Made by a program: the position numbers and the translations under genes. This document shows, piece after piece, positions 27,906-36,600 of a stretch of DNA of 55,212 nt (positions are counted from its first letter, which is position 1; every line of letters starts with the position of its first letter). Origin of the DNA: a virus (Duplodnaviria; Caudoviricetes); IMG/VR virus record IMGVR_UViG_3300030376_003857, positions 1-55,212 of that record; one strand, given 5' to 3'. Below the pieces are notes generated by a model. That model ran no database searches, had not been told where the DNA came from, and was given only the letters and a program-made list of their open reading frames with translations.

Positions 27906-28751
27906 ATGGCAGCATTTACAACTATAGCAGCATCAGTAGGATTGGCAACAACAGCTGCTACAACAACAATGTCGTTTGTTCAGGCTAAAGAGCAGAAAAA
28001 AGCGATGCAGGACGCTGAGGAAAAAGCTGCTCAACGCATGAATGATGCTAGAAAAAAGCTAGGAGTGAATTTTCTTGAGGAGCTAACACTCCCTCTAGGG
28101 GCTTACGATGCTGAAAGAGAAGCGATGCTTAATGCTAGCGCACAAGCTATTGACGCTGCAGTTCAAGGTGAAACCAGAGGTGCTGGGGCTGTTGCTGGAA
28201 GAGTTCTAGATGCCAATCAAAAGGGACAGAGACAGATAGCAAACCAGATGGCTGAAGATATGTACAACATAAAGGCTGCACAAGTTGAGGAGGAGTCAAG
28301 ATTAAGAGACCTAAGAGCACAACTTGACCTTGGAGAGGCTGAAGGGGCTCAGATTGCCGCTGCTGATGCTGCTGTAGCCAAAAGCAAATCTGAATCCGAT
28401 GCTATGAAAGGAATAGTAAGTATGGTTGGTCAAGCAATAGAGTTTGTCCCGCTATACCAACAAGACTTGGCTGCTCAAAAAGCTGCCGTTGGTAGTATGC
28501 AGTTTGACCAAGAGCAATATGAAAAGTTTGGAAATGTAACGGGGAGAAAAGGTCGTGTGTCTAAAAGTATGGGTGCAGCAGGAGATGTTACCAACGGATT
28601 TACTAACTTAGATTTTGATGCCATTGGTGATATGAAGAAACGACAGTTCCGTCAGTTCAAAAGGGAATTAAGTCCCGACCAAAGAAATATGCTATTCATG
28701 TCGGAAGAATACACCGACGCATACCAAAACCCTTTTTACCTTAATCGTTAA
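27906..28751 (+). CDS. Internal virion (ejected) protein
   Basis: A/T-rich hydrophobic N-terminus, A/Q-rich helices. Confidence 0.6.
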   Translation: MAAFTTIAASVGLATTAATTTMSFVQAKEQKKAMQDAEEKAAQRMNDARKKLGVNFLEELTLPLGAYDAEREAMLNASAQAIDAAVQGETRGAGAVAGRVLDANQKGQRQIANQMAEDMYNIKAAQVEEESRLRDLRAQLDLGEAEGAQIAAADAAVAKSKSESDAMKGIVSMVGQAIEFVPLYQQDLAAQKAAVGSMQFDQEQYEKFGNVTGRKGRVSKSMGAAGDVTNGFTNLDFDAIGDMKKRQFRQFKRELSPDQRNMLFMSEEYTDAYQNPFYLNR

Positions 28752-28753
28752 TA

Positions 28754-30616
28754 ATGGCTGAGACTACTTATTACAAATATCAAGAGCGAGACCAACAGGC
28801 ACAAATAAACTGGGCTGAGGTTGGGAAGAACTTTAGCGACACACTCAAGAACGAGGCTGAGCTTAGAGAGAAGAAGAAGGCTGCTATTGATGAAGCTACA
28901 AGAGAGTTTCAAAAGAATCTAAACGAAACCCCTCAAGGGGAGTCAACGTCAATAAACGAATGGGCTTTGAAGTATGGAGAGCAAGCTCAACAGCAAATGC
29001 TCATGCAAGAGAAGCTACTAAAGTCTGGTATGCTTAAGCCGTCCGACTACACCCTGATGAGGCAAAATCTTGTTGATGGCACTGATGAAGCGTTTGACTT
29101 GGTTCAGTCATATCAAGACGAGTACTCACGCAAGATGGAGAGATATATGTCTGAAGACCCGTCAAAGGCGTCTCAAGGGCTTGAGGAGTGGCTTATGGAG
29201 CAGGTAGAAGGATTCGGTGACTTCAATAAGTCTGAGCTGGTAGTCAACCCTGAAACTGGAAAAGTGTCTGTTGCGTTCAAGAGAATGAATGCAAACGGAG
29301 TTATGGAGTTAGACACAAACCCGAACAACCTTCGCTCAGTGTCTTCACTTAAGAATAACATTAGAAGTGATTTTGATAAGTATCAATTAGAGAAATCAAC
29401 GGCTTCATTCGTAGAGACTCAAGGGAACTGGCAGACGGTGATTAGAAGTGTTGGTAGCTCTCAGAGAAAAGGGCTTATTAAGGTTCTTTCAAACCCTATG
29501 GCTAAAAACATGACAAAAGACGAGCTAATGGAACAGGGTCTATCCTCTGAATTAGCAGAGACAGCCAATTATTACTTTGATTCAGAGCAGGATTGGATTA
29601 CAGCTCAGATGTCAAATATTTACAACGTGACGTCAATGCTTACTGATTACGTTGGAAAAGATGAGAAAGGTAATGAATACACGTTCACATACGACCCTAA
29701 TGAATTCAACGCAAATAATCCTAATTTAATACTACTTGAGAACGATGCACAAGGCAGACCTGTACCCAAATTCACAGAAGAACAAGAAGAGGTTGTAAGA
29801 GAGAAGATTACTACTGCAATCCGAAGCAAGCTAGACAAGAGCGTCACGACTCAAGTTGTGCCTGATTACAATCCTCCTAGTGTATCCTCTTTAAAAATGT
29901 CCGAAGCAAAAAAACAACAAGAGACGGTAGTTGGTTTTTGGTCTAAACTGTACGACGCAGAAAATACTGCTCAAACCCAATCAGCAATTGAAGGTATTCT
30001 TGGAAGTGATTTAGCTAAAGACCAAGGGATGCTTGGTATAGAGTTCTCAGATAACGGAGATGAAGTTTCGTTTACGTATACTAACTCTGCAAAAAACAGA
30101 ACAGTCAGCATCGGTGAAGACCCATCTACAGAAGATTGGATTAAACTTGGTACTGAGATTTACGGAGATTACGACATACGTAAAGCTACATCGGCAGCTG
30201 GTAATTTCGGAGAGGATGCTACTTACAATCCTGAATATGTTAAGAATATATATGCTACTAGACAAGGGAAGACTGAAAAAGCAGAGCCCCTATCTCAGGC
30301 TATAAATATAATAACAAGTGCAATACCTTCTGATTTGTTTTTCGATAAGGATGATGAGTATGTTCAATCGGATATAGAGAGTCAATTATCCTTAATGGGT
30401 CTAAGTGTGGAGAACAAAGAAATTCTTTCTAATTCATTAACAATAACTAACCCAGTAAATAATGCTAGTATTAAAATCTTAACAAACGAAGACAAAGCAG
30501 GCTCTAAGGTACAGAAGAAAAGACTAGATGACTTCATAAGAGGACAAATGACCGAAGCTAATGCTGAAAGAATATTGAAATTAGGAACTGGTAGCGGAGC
30601 TGCTGACAACCTATAA
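28754..30616 (+). CDS. Internal virion (ejected) protein
   Basis: 620 aa helical protein between ejection-type genes. Confidence 0.55.
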   Translation: MAETTYYKYQERDQQAQINWAEVGKNFSDTLKNEAELREKKKAAIDEATREFQKNLNETPQGESTSINEWALKYGEQAQQQMLMQEKLLKSGMLKPSDYTLMRQNLVDGTDEAFDLVQSYQDEYSRKMERYMSEDPSKASQGLEEWLMEQVEGFGDFNKSELVVNPETGKVSVAFKRMNANGVMELDTNPNNLRSVSSLKNNIRSDFDKYQLEKSTASFVETQGNWQTVIRSVGSSQRKGLIKVLSNPMAKNMTKDELMEQGLSSELAETANYYFDSEQDWITAQMSNIYNVTSMLTDYVGKDEKGNEYTFTYDPNEFNANNPNLILLENDAQGRPVPKFTEEQEEVVREKITTAIRSKLDKSVTTQVVPDYNPPSVSSLKMSEAKKQQETVVGFWSKLYDAENTAQTQSAIEGILGSDLAKDQGMLGIEFSDNGDEVSFTYTNSAKNRTVSIGEDPSTEDWIKLGTEIYGDYDIRKATSAAGNFGEDATYNPEYVKNIYATRQGKTEKAEPLSQAINIITSAIPSDLFFDKDDEYVQSDIESQLSLMGLSVENKEILSNSLTITNPVNNASIKILTNEDKAGSKVQKKRLDDFIRGQMTEANAERILKLGTGSGAADNL

Positions 30617-30626
30617 AAGGTAAAGA

Positions 30627-33600
30627 ATGAACGATAGCAAAGAAAAACTTCACAAACTACTTGTAGAGCAGGGTCTGTACACTAAAAGTTACGACGAATT
30701 CAACGAGCAGTTTTCATTACCAGAGAAGCAACAGAAGCTGTACTCTTTGATGCAAACCAAAGGTTTATACACCAAGTCTCAAGATGATTTTAGTTCTCAA
30801 TTCTTTGCTGACTCTCCTGTTGTTGAGGAGGTAGTTGATTTAAAAAAAAAAGGTACTACGGAATCTCTATCGGAAGGTGGTGGTTTGGGGGAGTCAGATA
30901 TTGATAGAGAGACACTACCTCCAGTGTCTATGGATTCCACAGAGTTAGCACTTCCGAGTACTCCAGAATCAGAATCTTTATCGAAAGATGGTACTCCAAT
31001 AGTTAAAAAGAATCCTGACAACTGGAATAGCTTTTACGGAGAGGGCATTAATAGTGAGCCACAGGAGGTAAACAAGTACTTGATACCATCGCTATTCCCT
31101 AAAGACGAGAATAATATTACCGATAATCCAGATGACTATGAAAGGCTGTCTGGTGATGAGGCATTTGACAGAGCTGCGAGCATGGGTCTTTACGAGTTTA
31201 AGGGGAACGAAAAGAAGACCCTTTTTGACGAAAGAGATTTATTCGAGAAGAGTTTATCAAATATTGATAATGACCTAATGAGCTATGAAGAAGAATTCAT
31301 AGTTCCTAAACTAAACAATCAACTTTCATCTTACGGATTTACATTTGAGGAGGATGGAGCTCTAGGTGACGCAATAAAGGTTACAGCGGACAACGATGAA
31401 ACCGAAGTATTCCAAGCCGACAACTTCTTTGACTCAAATAACTCAAAGGAAGCTGAAGCACTTAAAGATTTTCTAAGGAAAAACAAATCTGAAAAATATA
31501 GTGTCTTCGAGGACACTCAGAAGGCTATCGATAGCAAGCGTGTATTCTTGGACGAGGAAGAAATAAAGAACACCGTAAGACAATTCAATACAGAAACGAA
31601 GGATTTTATAAGCGAGCGAAACACCTTCGTTAAGCAGTATGAAGATTTCAAAAAAGAAGCTGATAGGTTTGAAGGCTATAGTCAAACTGAAATAGCTAGA
31701 GACCCTAAACTAAAAAAGGAGTACGACGGATTTCTTTCATTACAGAAGAACATTCAATCTCAATTCTCGGACATCTCAAAGATGGAGGAGGACATTAAAT
31801 CTAAAGGGGCTGTTATTGATAGGGCTGCTGGTGAGTTTTATGACATGCAAAGGTCTCAAGGTAGTTGGGCTGGAGGTATATACAACAAGCTCATCAAAGG
31901 AGCAATATCAAATGTCCCTAAAACAGCAATGAGATTAGCTCAGAGCTTTAACTATGAGATGGAGTCATCACTTCAACTAACAGACGAAGACAAGGCTAAG
32001 CAGTTAAAGATGAGAGCTAAAGCCGAGGGCATAGAGATACCACAAGACTTAGACTACGAGCAGACCGTAAAATGGCTCAAGGACTATGATACGAAAGTGG
32101 AAATAAACACAGATTGGTGGATGCCGATTGGACTAACAAGAACAACATCATTCCCGACTTACGAATCACTATCTTCAGCAGATAAAAATGAGTTTTTGGT
32201 TGACATACTTTATGGTGGCAAAAGGTTTAGAAATCCATTCTCAGAAACAGCAGCTGGAGTGGATACGGATATGGGTCTTATTGATGCAGTCGATGAGGGG
32301 GCTAGAAAACTATGGATGAGCGATAGCACTACGGAGAAGTGGGAAGAGATGAAGAGTGAGGGTTTTTGGGGAGGAGCTGTTCTAGGTCTAGCTGAATCAC
32401 TACCAGCTATGGTTGGAGGAAGCACAGGTTACGGATGGGCTCAAAGAACAGCCCAAATGTATTCCATGACTTCAGAGCATGTTTATGAAGAAATGGAGGA
32501 GAGTCCTGAATTTGATAATATAACTGAATCTGAAAAAGCTATGGTAGCTGTACCAATAGGTATTGCTGTTGGTGCTTTAGAAACCATTGGTCTGAGAAAC
32601 GTAATTGCTCAAAAAGGTCTACTTAACGGTGTTTTATCTAGAGCTTTCGCAAAATCCACTTCCGAGACAACGGCAAAAACGTTTGCTCAGTTCGTGAGAG
32701 ACGATGTAAAATCAATGGTTGCTAAGGGTGCTCTGACTATAACAGGGGCTGGTCTGGCTGAGTTTGAGACTGGTGCAGCTCAAGAGGTAGCCGACATTGG
32801 AATCAAGGCGGTGTACAATAACGTAAAAGAAAAGGAGATGTTTAGAACTCCTGATACTCTTAACGAATACGTGATGCAGGTTCTTAGAGCTGGTGCTCAA
32901 GAGATGGTAGGTGGATTTATACTTGGAGCACCGTCAGCTGTGTCTGTAGCTATGACAAAGAAAGATGGTCTTCAAGAGTTACCTACTGATATTTTTGAGG
33001 TGATTGACCTAATTTCAAAAGATGAGAGTTACAAATCAATGTACGTGTCAAAGCTCAAGCAGAGAATCGCATCTGGAGATATAACGAAAGAAGAGGGTGA
33101 TGCTGAACTGGCTCGTGTAAATAAGATGCTTGGTGTAGCACCAAGCCTTCCAAGTGGTCTTAGTTCTGAGCAGAAGAAAGAAGCGTTCATACTTATAGAA
33201 GAAAAGAACACATTAGAGTCAGAGATTAAAAAAGAAGATGAGTCTTTAACAAAATCAAAGCAGGAGCGAGTATCAAAAATTAAAGAGCGTCTTGAGGAGA
33301 TGTCGTTAGAGGTTGAAGATAGTCAGGCTGCTACCGAATATGTAGCCGAATTAAAAGATACTAAAGAAGCAGACCCTGACACGTACTGGTCTGTCTCCGC
33401 TGTAACTCCAGAGGATGCTCAAAACGGAACTGTAATAGATGTTGATGGAGGAAAAGGTCTTGTTACTCAAGATGGCGACATTATTGGTGTCTTTAAGAAT
33501 ATTGGAAGCAAGGTCAAAGGTGTTGCCGATAATATTATTCAAGAAGCTATCAAGGTAGGTGGTGTCAAGTTAGATAACTTTGATGGATACCTTACTAAAA

Positions 33601-36600
33601 TATACGAGCGAAATGGATTCAGAGTAACATCTAGAGTTCCTTTTAACGAGGAGTATGCTCCTGAGGGATGGAGCGAGGAGAAGAATGGAAGACCTGATGT
33701 GGTCTCAATGGTTTACGACCCTAACAACGAACTTGATATTGAGGTTAAAACGTTTGACAACCCTGAAGAAGCTAACGCATACAGAAACTCATTTATTTCA
33801 AAAGAGAAGGCTGAGAGTCAAGAAACTGAGATGCTCGGCACTGAGGAGGAGTTGGAGTCATTAACGTCAGTATTAGAAGAGTCAGAAGACCTAGAAGCGT
33901 CAGATGATGTAGTAGACAAACTAAATGTAGATGCGGATTTTGTATTGTCTTCTTTGTCTAAAATAATTCCTAACACAAAAATAGTAGTTCACAAGTATAG
34001 TAGGGATTACAAGGAAGCCACTGGCAAAACTGGCAAGGGGTACTATAAAAACGGGGTCATCCATATTAATGCATCAAAATCTGACGGAACAACCTTAGCC
34101 CACGAAGCTTTTCACGCTTTGTTCTTATATCGAATCAAAAACAAAAAGGAGGCTTCAAGAGCGGCATTGAATCTTATGCGCTCAGTAAGAAAGAGTATCG
34201 GTAAGAATTCAAAGTTGGCAAAGGCTATTGATGAGTTTGCTAGTAACTACGATGAGTCGGTTCAGAATGAGGAGAGATTAGCTGAGCTGATTGGTATAAT
34301 GTCTGACGAGTACATCAATCTTACCAAACCTGTAAGAATTAAAATAGCTGAGTTCTTTAGAAGCATAGCCAAGAAGCTCGGAATAAACCTAGGAGATAAT
34401 TGGGGAAGTAATGACCAAGAGGTTATTGACATGATGAACAATATATCTAAAGGGTTTAGAAGCGGAGAGGAAATTGATTCATCAGTTGTAGATATTATTG
34501 AAAAATCTAAGGTAGTGTCCTCGAAGACACTTGAAGAGGTTGAGAACTCAGGAGATGTTGTTGGGGATGTTTTTGAGATTCCGTCCGTAAAAAACGAGGG
34601 GAACGAGATACAGTTAAACAGAGAGCAGAAGGAACTAGTTAACAGGGGCGGCATCGACATGTCTTCCATTAAGAAAGAAAGTATAAACAAGCTTTCTGGT
34701 GTTAAAGCCTTTGTTTTTGCGGCTGATAAAGCTACATTCGGTATGATTAAAAGTCCGTCTGGAGCAATGTACAATTTCAAAGGAGGTTATCTATATCCTT
34801 ACGGCACTGGCTTTGCTTGGGCTTTTACTACCGAGGACGCAGCTAAGAGGGTACTCAAGAAAGTTAATGAGTCTGACGGTGTTGGATTAGTTATGGCTCA
34901 AGGAGAAGAAGGGATAACAGGGAGCTTGTCTTTCTATGAATACATGATGGCTGAGGTTGATAACGCAATAGCTAAGGGGGCTAACCCAAAAGAGTTGTTG
35001 CAGTACATAAACAAGAAATTAAGACTGACAACAGTTGCAAAAGCACTCGCAAAAAAGGGTCTACCAGCTCAAATTACTAGCATAGAAGAACTTAGATTCT
35101 TGATGCCTATTGAGGGAAAGTCAAAATTTTCGTACCCAGACAGGTCTTCGTTTACGAAAAACTTCTTCTCTTCTGAGTCGCTAGAAAAGTTTGGTATACC
35201 TCCGTTGACTAAAACATCAAAGTCAGATATTGGTGTTCTTGACTACGTAAACGACCCATCACTAAAAGGTGTTGAGTATGGGGACGTGGTGTCAGCAATA
35301 CAATTTGATAAAAACTCACCTATTATTGATACTAGGGGTAAAGGTCTTGATAATGAGCACCCGTCGTATCCATTTGTTGTAGAGGGAAAGCCGTTAATGG
35401 TATTTGAAAAGGCTATTGATGTCAGACTTGTGATGCCTAATGCAAAGCCAACAACAGAAGGAGCAAACCAAACACCATTAAAGGATAGAGCTAAATCAAG
35501 GGCTGCAAAGTCAGCGATGGGTGGTCAGTTCGTTCAAGAATTAACTGAAGTAAGAGACCCATTAGAAAGAGAGCAGAAGTCGGTTGATGAAGTTATATCA
35601 GAAGGCAGAGAAAATGACTTTAGGGACGAGGTGATTCGTGATTACTTGGTTAGGGTTATGGGCATTAAGGCGTCTGATGCTGATGCTGCCTTAAAGACAG
35701 ACATATCATCAATTCCTGAGTCATTCAAGAACATATCAGGTGGTCTAAAAGCTGGCTTGGCTCTTTACAAAAAGGTTAATGACAAGAAGAATAAGCTTCT
35801 GAGAAGAAACGAGAGAAGTACAAGAATGTCAATCACCGAGCTTAACGCAAAAATAAAGGAGTTTGCTCGTGAGAAAAGAAAAGAGTACGACACCGTTGAG
35901 CAGATAAACGAGAAGGTAGCAAAGCAAAGAACTAAAATAGAAAATAATAACAAGAGGCGTAAGAAAAAGCTAAACGAAAAGGAAATCAACATTAAGGTTT
36001 CCGAGTTCAGAAACAAATTGTACGATGCTAGAGATGCAAAAAGAGCAGAGGTAAATGAGGAGATAACTAAGTTTGAAAAGTCTGAAACTAAAAAGAACAA
36101 CAGGAGAGTTCCTATCCTAACCCAGCAACAGATTATGGATGAGCTTATTCTCTTCCTTCAAAAGCAACCAGAGTACATCGAAGAGGGTGACAAGTACAAG
36201 GTTAAGGGAGAGGTGAAGTACAGGGTGTCACAGTCAACGACACAAGCGAAAATGATTAGTGACCTTCAGAAGAAGGAGGACATTAGCCCTACTCAGAACA
36301 TGTCAGAGAAGGTGCGTCAGGCACGTATGGCTATTCGCAACAGGATGAAGGGAAAGAGAGACGCTGAAAAAATAAAGAACGTCCTTAGAAACTTCATGAG
36401 ACGCTCATTACCACCAATCTTGTATAGCAAGTCTGAGGTTATGAATATGTTGAAGAAGATTGAGATTGCTGACTCTAGAAACCTTGAAAACCTAATGAAC
36501 GAGGTGGCTGAGTTTGTTATCACAAAGAACGTTGACGCTCTTCAAAAGAGCATAGGTGATGTTCTGAATGGTGATTACACAAAGACGCAGAATGGAATCA

